Assembly (NCBI GenBank): GCA_964016885.1
Contig: OZ024742.1
Location: 209,064,001 to 209,128,000, forward strand
Source: Eledone cirrhosa
Taxonomy: Eukaryota
Length of the DNA: 64,000 bases
Direction of reading: 5' to 3'
Position numbers and translations under genes: made by a program. Shown here piece by piece: positions 27,638 to 42,019 of the stretch (within the stretch, counting starts at the first letter, position 1; every line of letters begins with the position of its first letter). Under the pieces are notes generated by a model. That model did no database searches and had not been told where the DNA came from. It saw only the letters and a list, made by a program, of their open reading frames with translations.

Positions 27638-28544
27638 TACACAGGTTTGTCCCAAAAGTAAGTGTACTGATGTTTTATTTAAATGTATATTAGATGTACA
27701 AGAAATTACAAAATACGACACTTGGAATGTCATATAGCGGATTTTTTTATCCATCGTATTAGTATCGGGTGTCATTTTGTGTGAGTGTCCTAGGGCTCGT
27801 CGGATTTAATTTTGTGTACATTTCCCACTGACCCGACCTTCGATTTCAACTTAGAAAAGTGGTAGATATAACCGGGAGCTAGATTTGGGCTGTAGGAAGA
27901 ATCGAAATGTTTTTTTCTGCACCAGAAACTTTCTAATTGCGTGATCCATATCCTGTTATTTGGCTCAATTTCGACTGTTTCCAGCAAACTTTGACAAATG
28001 TGCAACCGCTGCGTTTTTGCTCCACAGACAAGTGTTTGGGCACAAGTTTTGCACACATTTTTCGCATGTGCAAATGGTTTGCTCAAATTCTGTGGACTGC
28101 ATTTTCATCCAAGTCCGTTTCTGCTGCAATGATCATAACACTTGATCCACGATCTTTCACCTTCAGCGCTGGCACCACTTCCATATTTTGTTCATTTGTT
28201 GACGAGATTGGAATTTCAGAATGATGTTGGTCTGCAATATTTTTGGCCCTCTTTGAAAGCTTGTGTCACTTAAAAACCTTACTTTTTGATGGAGTGGGAT
28301 CTCCATCAGCTTGAGTTAAGGAAATAAATATTTCGGTGGCTGATTTGTTGAGATTCCGACAAAATTAGATCGTATTCCTTTGTTCGATATTTTTCCGCAT
28401 CGCAAATGCAACAGAGGTTATAGATATGTCTGTACCTAGTCAACAATAACTATCGTGTAGCCAAGATCATAACCAAACGCCTATATACATCCAGGATAGG
28501 CTGCGTCACAAGTACTCTTACTTTTGGGAAAATAAATTTGTGTA
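27638..28544 (-). mobile_element. Decayed, internally deleted mariner (Tc1/mariner) transposon
   Basis: TIRs TACACAGGTTTGTCCCAAAAGTAAGTGTACT / AGTACTCTTACTTTTGGGAAAATAAATTTGTGTA with TA ends; transposase remnants EQRNTI*FCRNLNKSATEI and YSPNLAP. Confidence 0.85.
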
Positions 28545-29361
28545 TCTTTGAGCAGCCATCAAATTGTGTAAAATGTGTGTAGTCTTCGATATTTGAATCC
28601 ATTCATCAGAACATGCAGAAATAGGCAGGTTGATGTAGGGAAAGTACAATAGTAGTAAACGCAAGGACATATATGTATATACGGATATACGCAAGTAATT
28701 TTATGTGTGTTTGTATAAGTGAACTCTTTTAAATATTGAGTATCAGGCACATACTTGGGTTCAAATCATCTCATAATTTTCTTCATTTAAATCATTTGAT
28801 CTTGAGTTAAGTTATAAATGGCTATGGCAATTAAAGAAATAATTATTTAACTCAATTGTGTATCTCTTCATTCTGATGGTGGTGCAAATTTAGATTGTCG
28901 ATGGACTTGGATTGTACTATTCGCATAGCATTGATTCTGTAATAATGCAACTCAAGAGTATCAACAGGACATCAATGATGCAGTAGTGAATATTTCGTGG
29001 CATGTATGTATGGGTGGGGAACATCTTACAATCACGGTTTACTGTGACTGGGAGAGATTTGAATAGCATGAGGTTATATAGCACCGGAAATTTGCACAGG
29101 ATTTTTTTTTCTTGAGTCAAGTTAAGCATTGATGTTAAAGTGGAAGAAAAAAATGTTTCTCCAAACATTAACGGTAAGAGGCATTATCAACGTAAGTGTT
29201 GATATATTTTTCACCATAACGCCATAGATAAAAGCGATTGCGTAAAATAAAAAGCATAATTACGATATTGTTTCTAATTCCATAAGAGTGGTGATATTCC
29301 TTCGAGGATAAAGATATTAATAGTGAAATTAATCCACTCGATAACTATTCCAACAGGTTGC

Positions 29362-29410
<49 letters not shown>

Positions 29411-29414
<4 letters not shown>

Positions 29415-30762
29415 TATAATAAAATAACAGGAGGCTGGACTTGTGTAAATCCTTGAAAGGTTTATTATACTAGGATCATTTCAATGACCGGGTTCGGTAT
29501 GAATCCGGTGATATCATCAGGTATTCGAAATATAATAAATGAATGTAACAGATAATTACTCGGAGCGGAAGTTTCGCCCCGGGGCCCGTCGCGCCGCCGT
29601 TTTTGATCGCCATATAGTACCTTTAAATTCTAAGCCTAATCATAACTATTAGCTGTATCATGCCTCGCTCCACTGGCACTTAAACAAATCCTCCTCCTGT
29701 GTAAATTAATAGTACTGGTTTGGTATAACGATGGCCTAACGACGAGGGCTGACTTCCCACTAGCATACCCGAAGCCTAGAACAGTTACATCCCTCGAGTG
29801 CTCGGAAAAATTGATTTCCATATCTTTCGCTAGACGATTTCACTCGGAATGGCTGACACGTTGTTAGCATGGGCTGGCCGGAGTCTGCAGTCGTCGTGTG
29901 CTGTTTGACTGCTAAACAAGGACTTAACCTTTACTCTATATCCCACCCTGAAACTTATCGAGGATCTCTATAATACACTTAAAATGTTTACATAAAAGAC
30001 TCTCTCTGTAAATTCTTTAACTAAATCTCGCATCCCAAATTTTTTTAAACTGTTTAATTTTTAATTTTCTAATTCTTTTAAATTTTATATTTTTAATCTT
30101 TAATGTAATTTTTTTTTAATTTCATCCTATAAATCTGAACAAAAATTTAACGTTCCAATTTTCTGTTCACACATTTTACCATGCAGACGCTCACTATATA
30201 TACCTCTGTTATAATATATACCTGTTAAGATATAGGTTCTTTAGAATAACATTTTTCGCGGCAATTCCTTGCCTGATTGTAGCATGACATTAACGCTGAC
30301 TTTTCTTCTTTCTTTCTGTCTTTTTTTTCTCTTTGACCGAGAGGTTAGTAGCACATTATAAGCTTTCGCCCCCTCACCAGATAGCCTTAAGTAGACCGAA
30401 TAGCCAGCACTTGAGGGCGACCGGCTAAAGTGGAAGATGCTAAATGGTCGGTCGTTCTCGGGTTTTATCTGTTACATGGATTTTATCTGTTACATTTATT
30501 TATTATATTTCAAATACATGATGATATCAGCGGATTCATACGGAACCCGGTCATTGAAATGATGAAAGTATAATAAACCTTTCAAGGATTTACACAAGTC
30601 CAGCCTCCTGTTATTTTATTATAATATTTAACTCTGTACTCGCACCACCAACTACACAAACGAAGACGGTTGAGCTGCTTTACGTTGATTACTCTCCATA
30701 TTATTAAATCAAGATTGACCGTACGGAATGACCAGCTCTATCCACTGCTGAACATTCAAACC

Positions 30763-30765
<3 letters not shown>
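29411..30765 (+). mobile_element. Small decayed PLE (K) with inverted ~145-bp pLTR arms
   Basis: 29411-29555 is the reverse complement of 30483-30627; both arms carry an HHR motif; (TA)n on both sides. Confidence 0.8.
29467..29524 (-). ncRNA. Hammerhead motif (pLTR K); degenerate twin at 30514-30571 (+)
   Basis: Reverse complement: atac-CTGATGA-tatcaccggattcataccgaacccggtcatt-GAAA-tgatcc-TA-gtat. Confidence 0.68.
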
Positions 30766-30831
<66 letters not shown>

Positions 30832-31121
30832 ATAATGGAAAACGAAAAATCAGTGATGCATCTGAACTCAATTTATTGTGTGTTAGGATAAGTCTAATGA
30901 TTTCGGGACATATTCTCTCACTGGGGTATGTGACCCTCTGGGCCAGTACCGTCAAATATTCATCCGTTTCGCGTGTCCTGTGATCTGCCGCTGGTTGGCT
31001 ACGTCATCATAATTCTGACCACAGGTAGTAGTCCGCTGACTACTAGGGAGTTGATGTCCCATGCCTGCTACACTTCAATAAATTACTGCTGTGTTTGGTA
31101 GTTTACACATCCACGCGCGCA

Positions 31122-31250
<129 letters not shown>

Positions 31251-31615
31251 CGCACACACACGTAGATAACGACAGTGGTACGAATAGACTCCTGCTATAC
31301 ACACACATTTAAGAAAAACATATAAACATACGCATACATGCATCCAGAGAGGCACGTCATACACAGACACATGCCCACATGCCAATATAGATCAACATAC
31401 ACACACACATGTGTGCATACGCATCCATATGCGTATATATACCCGTACACACAAACACATCCACGCACGCATAAACAAATATATGTATATATATATATAC
31501 ATAAATAGAATATACACACAAAGTCATATAAAGATACACAGTGGGTCATATATGAAAGGATTCACCTTGTTATAGACATGTACATACATAGAAAATACAT
31601 ACACACACACACATG

Positions 31616-31713
<98 letters not shown>

Positions 31714-32558
31714 CTTTAATATAAAAAAGTATAAAATATATTAAAAATATACATATAACGGCACATAGAGATACACAGTGGGCTATACATGGAATGGTGC
31801 GCCCGGTTATATGTGTCTACAGAGATGTTGTTACGTTGCGAACATGGATCAATCCACTTATGGAATCTTCACGCAAAGCCACATAATTGGCGTTCATGGC
31901 ATTACAGTAAATTGTATGCGCAGACCGTACATAGAAAATGGGTGCAGAATATATATAAAACAGAAGACGGAACGTGTATGTATATGAGATAGTACACAAG
32001 AGAAGTTTAAGATGTACACGTGGGTCTGTGTACGGAAAATACATTAGGTGTTACAAAATGGAATACGTAGAGAGTATGCACTCTCTACTGAAAAGATACA
32101 CAAGCAGGGAGGGGGGCGTGGACCTGCCATACTGGAGTATGTCACTGTGTTTGAGGTATAGTGTCTTATTGGTGGAAAGCATTTGACTGAATATCAATGG
32201 AATCCGGGTCAACCTATCCCGGCTCAGGTGATGTTCTTGCCTAGGGTGACGTGCAGAGTCGGGTAGGCATCCTGAGCTATTTCGGCTTACCCCACGGAGC
32301 ATATATAGTCAACAGGTTATGGTGTCTGATCTCTTGAACCCGTTTCGCCACTCTTGTCGGCGTGCGCTCCACCGCATGCCTCTAGCGTTGGCTGCCCGGT
32401 GGATTCCATGAAGAGAGTGTGCACCTTCTCTGGTGTCTGCACGTCATGATTATATCCAATTTCAGGTTGACCGCATCATCCTTCAGTCTGACTATCTCCA
32501 TGGCCTCGGATAGGCATAGCCTACATTTTCTATTTCCAGCCGAGTATGCATTGTATAC

Positions 32559-34031
32559 ATGCTTGAACGTTTTACATACAACGACTGCATCGGGAAAGAG
32601 GTTAGGAATAACTACAAGACCACAGGACAGGACCACTTAGATAACATTAACGCCACGACCAAAAAAATAATGACCGGGCTAGGAATAGATGATAGGACAG
32701 AACAATATGTACCCAGAAAACCACGGATATCCACTAAGGATCATAAATTAGACTTTAGAACTAATCTAGCCGTTAGGCTAATAGCACCCTCCAAATCGGA
32801 CATAGGTACGACCAGCAACAATATCATAGACAGGATACTACCGGTACTTAGGAACAAAGCTAGGCTTAGCTTATGGACCTCCACCAAGGAGGTAATTGAC
32901 TGTTTCTGGCTAATAGATAGCCAACAGCAGGTAAATGTTATTCAATTAGACATAGCGAATTATTACGCGTCAGTATCACCAGTAGTAGTGAACAAGGCCC
33001 TCATGAACGCCATGGCCAAGTCCAACCTCACTAGGAAGGAGGCAAGCCTCATAATTGCAGTGAGAAAGACGCCAATTAGCTTCGAAGATAAATTATGGGA
33101 GAGGAGGGACAGACCCGACAGTTTCGATATTACTGTGGGGTCGAGTGACTCTGCGCAGCTGACTGACCTTGTGAGACTCTCCTCCAAGGATTAGCGGAGG
33201 AGATTCCAGGGATCGGCGGAGGAATATACAGAGACGGCGCACTTTTCACCTTCCGTTCCCTAAACCCCAGCCAGCTGGAACGTATGAGGAAGCGCATAAA
33301 GCACTTTTTTAAGCAACATGGCTTATCCGTGATGATAGAGGAACCTCGACCGTCAACCGCAGCGGTCGAATGACCGTCCGTTGGAGTCCGGATGGCCCCC
33401 CGCAGACCAGTCTTCCAACCACAACCCGGCCCTTGCCGCGGACCCCACGCTCGCGGAAGACGATACAATCCAACGCCGGGCGGAAATTAATGGCGGGGGG
33501 GAGACCACCGTGTCGGCAAAACAACACCCAGAGAACATGGAGAGGGCCGTGACAGATCAAGGCCCAGGCGTCCGAAATGAACAATATAAAGACTGAATGT
33601 GCAACTGCAGAGCGGGCACACAGTGCCCCCTGCAGGGAAGAAGCCTAACAAAGGTATATAAATGTGTGGTTAGCACGCACAATATAAAGCGCACCTACAT
33701 CGGCGCAACATCCACGACCTTTAAATCACGGATGAATAACCACACAAACTCTTTCAAGGACCGGGGCAAGAGGCACTCTACTAGGCTGGCGGACCTGGTA
33801 TGGGACTTGAAAGAGAAAGGCACCCCATATACCCTCAACTGGAGTATTGTTCGGCCCGCGTATGCATACTCGGCTGGAAATAGAAAATGTAGGCTATGCC
33901 TATCCGAGGCCATGGAGATAGTCAGACTGAAGTATGATGCGGTCAACCTGAAATCGGATATAATCATGACGTGCAGACACCAGAGAAGGTGCACACTCTC
34001 TTCATGGAATCCACTGGGCAGCCCAAACTAA
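32559..34031 (+). pseudogene. PLE RT (5'-truncated, internally deleted) and GIY-YIG
   Basis: ORFs 32559-33194 and 33597-34031 (CNCRAGTQCPL, YIGATSTTFKSRMNNH, CRLCLSE, CRH); thumb region missing. Confidence 0.9.
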
Positions 34032-34740
34032 AGGCATGCGGCGGAGCGCATGCTGACCAGGGCGGCAAAACGGGTTCAAGAGATCAGACACCATAACCTG
34101 TTGACTATATATGCCCCGTGGGGTAAGCCGAAATAGCCCAGGATGCCTACCCGACTCTGCACGTCACCCTAGGCAAGAACATCGCCTGAGCCGGGATAGG
34201 TTGGCCCGGATTCCATTGTCTTTCAGTCAAATGCTTTACACCAATAAGGCACTATACCTCAACCACAGTGACATACTCCAGTATGGCCGGACAACGCGCC
34301 CCTCCCTGCATGTGTATCTTTTCAGTAGAGGGTGCATACTCTCCACGTATTCCATTTTGTAACACCTAATGTATTTTCCGTACACAGACCCACGTGTACA
34401 TCTTAAATTCTCTTGTGTACTATCTCATATACATACACGTTCCGTCTTCTTTTTTATATATATTCTGCACCCATTTTCTATGTACGGTCTGCGCATACTA
34501 TTTACTGTAATACCATGAACGCCAATTATGTGGCTTTGCGTGAAGATTCCATACGTGGATTGATCCATGTTCGCAACGTAACAACATCTCTGTAGACACA
34601 TATAACCGGGCGCACCATTTCATGTATAGCCCACTGTGTATCTCTATGTGCCGTTATATGCATATTTTAAATATATTTTATACTTTTTTATATATATGTA
34701 TATATGTATATGTATATATATACACATATACATATATATA

Positions 34741-36038
34741 TTTTGACGATGTTTTGAGAGCCTTGGGAGAGGGCTCCAACACTGATGTCATCTTCCATGA
34801 TTTCAGAAAGGCCTTCGACAGTGTTGATCATAAGATTCTACTGAAAAAACTATTCAATGTTGGTGTCTCTGGAGGGTTACTACAGTGGATCAAATGTTTC
34901 TTGAGAGGCAGAACCCAGCATGTTGTAGTCGAAGGAGTAAAATCAAGCCCTGCCAAAGTCCGCAGTGGCGTCCCACAAGGCACTGTGTTGGGCCCACTTC
35001 TTTTCATCATCTACATTAATGACATTACTGACATCATCAAACACTGTAACATCAGAATCTTCGCAGATGGTTCCAAGCTCCAAAGGGTCATCAATGAGGT
35101 GGGTCACCGGTGAGTCACCGGACTTGCCTTCAGTCAGATCTACTGGCTGTTATCCAATGGGCAGAGATGAATAATATGCTGTTGAATGAGGATAAACTAA
35201 TCCACTTTGTTAAAAAGGATGCCCTGAAACTACCATACTCTCTTCCTTCGGGTGAAACTCTAGTGGCTCCCAATAACATCAGAGACCTGGGAGTAATTGT
35301 GGACAATAATATAAGCTGGGCCACTCATATAAACAGCGAAGTCGATATGGCCCGCAGAATGTGTTCCTGGATTCTCAGAACTTTCCAGTCGAGAGATATC
35401 CACACTGTTGTCCTTCTCTTCTCCACTTTTTTCCCGACCCCACCTTGAATACGATTGTCCACTGTGGTCACCCCACACGACATAAAGTATCATGAAAGTT
35501 GAAGCACCCCAAAGTCAATTACAAAAAAGATAGTTGGCATGACAGGCCTTGACTATTGGGGTCGATTAGGAAAGCTCAAACTTTACTCTCTTCAACGTCG
35601 CCGTGAGCGCTACATTATCTGTATGATGTGGAAAATATTCCATCAGCTTAGCCCAAATGATGTTGGCATCACCTTTAGTGTACACCCAAGTCTTGGGCCC
35701 CGTGCTATCCGCCCACGACAAAAATCCCACTCGCATCACATAACAAAAATACGGCACAATTATTTCACCTCAATTGGCCCTGCACTCTTTAACATTACAC
35801 CAAAACACATCAAATCAGAGACAGACCCCATCAAGTTCAAGAAGTCTTTGGATAAATTCCTTCAAGAAATCCCGGATAAGACTCCTACACCAGGATATGC
35901 CTCCGTAAACAATAACTCTCTGCTCGAGTGGGCCATGGTGCCCAAACACTGATTTGTAAGATTTCGCCAGGTGGTGCTATTAAGATAGACATGGCCTGGG
36001 CCAATACTGGCCGAAAACTATCAAAGTTATCAAAGTTA
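34741..36038 (+). mobile_element. CR1/L2-group LINE, 5'-truncated, frameshifted RT
   Basis: DFRKAFDSVDH, SGVPQGTVLGPLLFIIYINDI, FADGSKL, RDLGVIVD, Y..RL.KLKLYSLQRRRERY; 3' tail (TATCAAAGT)2; inserted in (TA)n. Confidence 0.92.
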
Positions 36039-36089
36039 TATATATATACAACAGTTGAAAATTGCCAACTTGACTGTCACCACATATTA

Positions 36090-36128
36090 TGAACCTGAAG
36101 ATTGCGAAAGCATGAAAGTACTTGTTCA
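36090..36128 (+). ncRNA. Compact 39-nt minimal hammerhead ribozyme (solo pLTR fragment)
   Basis: tgaac-CTGAAGA-ttgc gaaa gcat-GAAA-gtac-TT-gttca; perfect 5-bp stem I, GNRA-capped stem II, palindromic stem III. Confidence 0.78.
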
Positions 36129-36174
36129 ATTAACACTTAGAATTTAATATTCTATCATACTATTTCATTATAAT

Positions 36175-36248
36175 ACCATTATAAATTTTAAAGGATTGTA
36201 AATAAAACGAGTAAATCAGACAAAGTTGGAATTCCTCTTATTAATATA
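36175..36248 (+). repeat. Dispersed ~72-bp repeat, also at 6141-6212
   Basis: CCATTA.AAATTTTAAAGG.TTGTAAAT.AAACGAGTAAATCAGACAAAGTTGGAATTCCT.TTATTAATAT in both copies. Confidence 0.8.
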
Positions 36249-36641
36249 ATCTTCTATACACAATCATACACACCCGTGTATATTTATCTATCTATATATA
36301 TATATATATATAGATAGATATAGATATATATATATATGACGAACATAAGTCAATTGCATGAACTCATAATCCTTTATTTACTGCTTTATTTGTATGAAAT
36401 TGTAAATAAGACAAAAGTATTAGAACAGGGGGAAATAACTCATCGAACGCGATAATAAAAAGAACGTTTTGGAGCCCTAGGGACCACATTTTTCAAGTTA
36501 GAGATTTGAAACCTCGTTTATTTTCTTCCGTGGCACTTTTTACATAGGTGTGTAAATTTTCATGTCCGTCCGACCACGTCTACTACCATTTAACCGTGCA
36601 CAACTGAATTTCAACCACCACCCATTTCACAAAAATATATT

Positions 36642-36711
<70 letters not shown>

Positions 36712-37771
36712 GTGTGTGTGCGTATGTGTGTGTGTGTGTGTGTATGTATTTTCTATGTATGTACATGTTTATAACAAGATGCATCCTTTCATGTATCACC
36801 CATTGTGTATCTTTATATGACTTTGTGTGTATATTATATTTATGTATATATATATATATATATATATGCGTGCGTGGGTGTGTATGTGAATATGCGCATA
36901 TTTGTAGGAGTGTATATGAGCCAGTGTGTGTGTACTAGCACCTCTGTAGGGAAAGGGCTTGATTGTGTATATATATGTGTGTTTGTGGGCGAGTTTGTAT
37001 CTGTGCGTGTATATGGGTACGTGTATGTATGTACGTGGGTGGAGGGGGGTTTATGTATATGTCTGTATGTGTTTATGTGTACGGGTAAATATACGCGTAT
37101 GTATGTGTATGCACACATGTCTGAGTGTATGTTGATGTGTATAGGCTTGTGGGCATGAGTCTGTGTATGAACGTGCCTCTCTGGGTGCATGTATGCTTAT
37201 GTTTTATATGTTTATATGTTCTCCTTAAATGTGTGTATAGCGGGAGTCTATGCCTACGACTGTCGTTATCTATGTGATTATGTGTGTGCGCGCGCGCGTG
37301 GATGTGTAAACTACCAAACACAGCAGTAATTTATTAAAGTGTAGCAGACATGAGACAGACAACGCCCTGATGGTCACCGGACTACTACCTGTGGTCAGAA
37401 TTATGATGACGTAGCCAACCAGCGGCCAATCACAGGACACGCGAAGAGGATGAAGTTTTTGACGGTACTGGCCCAGAGGGTCAGATACCCCAGTGAGAGA
37501 ATATGCTCCAAAATCATTAGACGTATCCGTCGAACCTGCGGGTCCAGAATCAGACAGATCCACACAATGATCACGTCTGAAGCTGTCCGCCGGGGAAACA
37601 ATTGAAACACACAATAAATTGAGTTCAGATGCATCAGTGATTTTTCGTTTTCTACTATATCATACTCTGCTCTGCTCTGCTCTGCTCTGCTCTGCTCTGT
37701 AAGAGCATAGAGGCATAGAGTGTTCGACCGGCATACGGCCTATGGAATCATCCTAGCAACCAACAGACACA

Positions 37772-37810
<39 letters not shown>

Positions 37811-37982
37811 ATTGTTGGATCGAGATGAAATGTTTAGATATGTGGAAAATCTGGAACGCAGGAGAATAGCTTATTTTCTAAGCTGTATTCACAGCTATTT
37901 TCCTTTGTTCGAGATTATCTACATTTCTAAACACATACCCTCACCTACATATACACCCACACAAACACACACACACACACAC

Positions 37983-38052
<70 letters not shown>

Positions 38053-38469
38053 CTGTGTGTAAATATATGTGGTGGGGGCGAGAGAGAGAGAACTTGTGTG
38101 AGCACCTGAATATCTGTGTTAGATATTTTGCTCCAAAGCAAACAGTACGTGTGAAAGTATTATTCTGTTAAAAGGGAAGAACAAAAAACAGTCAATATTT
38201 ATCAGGTTATAACAAAAAGAACAGAACAACAACACGAGGAAATTAATAAATAACACAATACTATGACTAGCAGCAGGATGGTAGGTTTTAAAATGACGCT
38301 CGCGTCGTACGCTCTGCTATGATGTGTCGGCAGTCATTGTTTCACTAGTTTGTTTCTTCCATTTCATGACCACGGCTTTGAAAATCAGCCTCCCGGAGTA
38401 TTAATATCACTTCCATATAGTACAAGTAATCACAAAATAAATATAGAAATAAACACATACACACACACA

Positions 38470-38581
<112 letters not shown>

Positions 38582-38673
38582 AATTCGCAGCAAAAGTCAC
38601 ATTATACATACTTCTTCAGCAGGTGTTTCAGGTCATGTGACTTGCGCGTCTAATGTTAAGTTAGAAACTAGTC

Positions 38674-38786
<113 letters not shown>

Positions 38787-38912
38787 TTAATAAACTGAAG
38801 ATATATACGTGAAACCCTCAATTCTCATTTTTCATAATATACATATATATAAGTAAGCAGGATCGAACACATTCAAACTGAATTTCAATGTGTTTTTTAA
38901 CATATAAACTCG

Positions 38913-39008
38913 CATACCTGATGAGATGTCGAGGCAGAGCTGGGGCCCGGTTATTATGATTGTACCATGAACTGATCGATATTGTAACGATACTAATATA
39001 CCAATAAA
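38913..39008 (+). ncRNA. Degenerate hammerhead motif in a solo pLTR remnant
   Basis: catac-CTGATGA-gatgtcga...tcgatatt-GTAA-cgatac-TA-atat then AATAAA; TATAAA just upstream. Confidence 0.5.
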
Positions 39009-39204
39009 GTATATGATATGGTGTAACACTGACTTTTATCCTGCTTACTATTATTACAGTCTGCATAATGAAGCCGCCTTAACCCTAGAATACAACTCAG
39101 CATGATCCGAGCTATTGTAACAGCATCGTGTGCTTAGCACAGCAAGTCACATGTAACTGTAGTTACGCATTTACTTAACATGCACGCGTACACATACACA
39201 TACA

Positions 39205-39510
39205 TATAAAGGGTAAAGGGTAAAGATTCCCTTCGGTCACAAATGACCATGGGATTTGCATTTAGAAATCCCCCCGTGGAGAGGGGACACACGTCCGAGC
39301 AAGGCTGCTTGTGAAAGACCAGCAGTCGCACATGCATATCAGCCTCGCCTCTTCGCGCCACCGACGTTGTCCAAGTAAACTGATTAAACTGGAGAAGCGT
39401 GAAATAAAATGTCTTGCCCAAGAAAACAAGGCATCACCCGGTCCGAGAATTGAACTCATAATCTCCCGATTGCAAGCCCAATGCTCTAACCACTAAGATA
39501 GGTGCCTTCA
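39205..39510 (-). mobile_element. tRNA-derived SINE, family 2
   Basis: Reverse complement has A box TAGTGGTTAGAGC, B box GAGTTCAATTCTC, CTTGGGCAAGACAT core-like segment and a (CCTTTA)-type tail. Confidence 0.75.
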
Positions 39511-39606
39511 TATATGCACAAATATACAACCGAGGTTTCGTTGCCATTTGACCTATTTGCAAGCAGGTGGGAATGAGTGAATGAAAGCGGGAGATATGGC
39601 AGAGAG

Positions 39607-39709
<103 letters not shown>

Positions 39710-40016
39710 ATTATGATTTCGCTCATCTTTTGAAATAGTTTTTTATTCTCGGTTATATGTCAGATGACTTATAACCGAGAATATGACAGTAATTATATGA
39801 GATGAATTTTTAACTAACTACAGATGAATGTGAACATATTCGTTAATAGTGTAATATTGGCCTCTAACAACGTTAATTATAACATTGTTGATGGTAACAT
39901 TCAATGAATGTACTAAACTTTAGTGGTTATACATTGTTGAGGCATTGTATCACTGATTTCTAAGTTAAATCAGTTAAATCAGACTCAAAATATGTTTGTT
40001 TAATAAGAATATATAT

Positions 40017-40420
40017 ACAGGGAGTTTGAAAGGAAAGTCCCTATTTAAAATAACTTTATAAATTATTGGTCGATTTTCATAGAATATGTTATATTTGATA
40101 TATTATCATGGTAGAAGGATAGTTCAGTGTTATAATGGTCACTAGCGTTGTCCACCAGTGTTTGTAATCATCAGGGTATATCCTTGACTGACTTTGGAAA
40201 TTATGCAGTATTTTGTTCAGTACATGACGAAAGCGCTCCTCCAGTTGAGTCATAGTTTTGAGTTTTGAGCTGTAAACTTCTTCCTTCATCCACCTCCACA
40301 GAAAGAGATTGCATGGAGTTAGGCCGACATCCTGGAAATTGGACATGAAGCTTCTCACGTGCATGCAAAATGAGGAGGGATCCCATCTTCCATAAATATA
40401 AGGTCATTGATGTTGTACCA
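40017..40420 (-). mobile_element. Tc1/mariner-type transposase C-terminal remnant with one TIR
   Basis: GLTPCNLFLWRWMKEEVYSSKLKTMTQLEERF (cf. SPDLTPCDFFLWG.MK..VY); TACAGGG terminus at ~40016. Confidence 0.7.
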
Positions 40421-40689
40421 AGTGGTCACAGTGAACCATTTATTAGGAGTGTAATATGATTATGTCTTATAAGTGTTCATATGTGCGTATATTTCATCGG
40501 AATAAGAGACATCAATCTCGAAATATTAGGACATATGAATAAATTAAGGTAAACAAACAAACCCTATTTCTTACGATTTAATTATTCTCCGTCTAAACCT
40601 GCATTATCGTGGCTTTCAAGCTTCGAATTATTTATACCTTATAGAATGTTTCAAGTAAACTACAAATTCCTTAAGTCGTAATTTTATAC

Positions 40690-41913
40690 GCAGTCAGACT
40701 TATTCTGGAAAACAACACTTTCTTCTTCAATGGAAAGAATTACATCCAAATTAGAGGCACAGCGATTGGAACGAAGTTTGCTCCCGTTTACGCGAACTCT
40801 GTAATAGGATACTTAGAACAACAACTCTACCACGAAATAGAGGAAAAATATAGCACTGACTTTAGAAAGTACATTGAAAAGTCTTGGAAGAGATACCTTG
40901 ACGACTGTTTCATCATCTGGAGAGAATCTCTAAATACTCTGGATGAGTTCAATATCCTCCTGAATAACCTACACCCATCTCTCAAATTCACAAAAGAGAT
41001 GAGTAGTACCAAATTACCATTCCTAGATATAATGGTAATCAAAAACGACACCACCATTACCACGGATATATATTATAAACACACAGACACCCATCAATAT
41101 CTGAATTTTAAGTCGTGCCATCCACCTCATACAAAACGCAACATCCCATACTGCCTAGCGAGAAGAATGTGTACCATTGTAGAAGATACGGATACCAGGA
41201 ACAAACGGCTAACCAAACTGAGAGAATGTTTGCTCAAACAAAAATACCCATCTCTACTTATAGAAAATGGCATACAGCGGGCTATGAAAATAACTATACA
41301 ACAATTTAGGACAACCCAAGGAAGAAGAAACCAAGAACAGGTCATACCATTTATATTGACACACAACCAATGTCACCAGAATATCTTCAACACTACCGAT
41401 TATTGCTCAAAGTAATGAATTAAAAAGCTTCACAGACCGATCTTTTTCTCTCAGTAAAAGACAGCCGAAAAATTTGAAGCAATTACTAACAAAGGCAAAG
41501 TTTGACCTTAACAACAAATACCAATCATTCACTGTATCTAAATGCAATGATAGTCGATGTGGCACATGTCATTCTATAGACACTGGTCAATATATGAACA
41601 CAAAAACTGGAAAAGTATTCCCAAATACAAATATGAACTGCAAAAGCAGAAATCTAATTTACTCTATTAAATGCCCGAATTGTGAAGAGCTATATGTCGG
41701 TCAAACTGGGATTGCACTATCGGAACGTGCATGGGTGCACCGACAGCAAATCAGAGACCCAAATGTCCATCAGATACACATCTAGCAACATGTGGTCAGA
41801 AAATATTTATAATATTTCCATTCTACAAATTACACAGCCCAAGTGAAATCAAGAGAAAAATTAAAGAAAAGAATTGTATTGATAAATTCCAACCCAAGCT
41901 AAATGAACAATAA
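40690..41913 (+). pseudogene. Penelope-like element F (Neptune-like) RT C-half and GIY-YIG, frameshifted
   Basis: ILENNTFFFNG, GTAIGTKFAPVYAN, WKRYLDDCF, LPFLDI, SCHPPHTKRNIPY, Cys linker CNDSRCGTC, NLIYSIKCPNCEELYVGQTG, FQPKLN. Confidence 0.92.
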
Positions 41914-42019
41914 AAATGCTTAGGGGTATTACTCCTACTATGACAACGCCTACGACCATGTCGACTACCACCACTAACAACAACAACAACAATAATAATA
42001 AGAAAAGTGATGTTGATGG

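Noticed and set aside
33594-33596. In-frame TGA before CNCR as selenocysteine
   Set aside because: Not at a conserved Cys position; easily explained by CGA-to-TGA decay in a copy that is already broken
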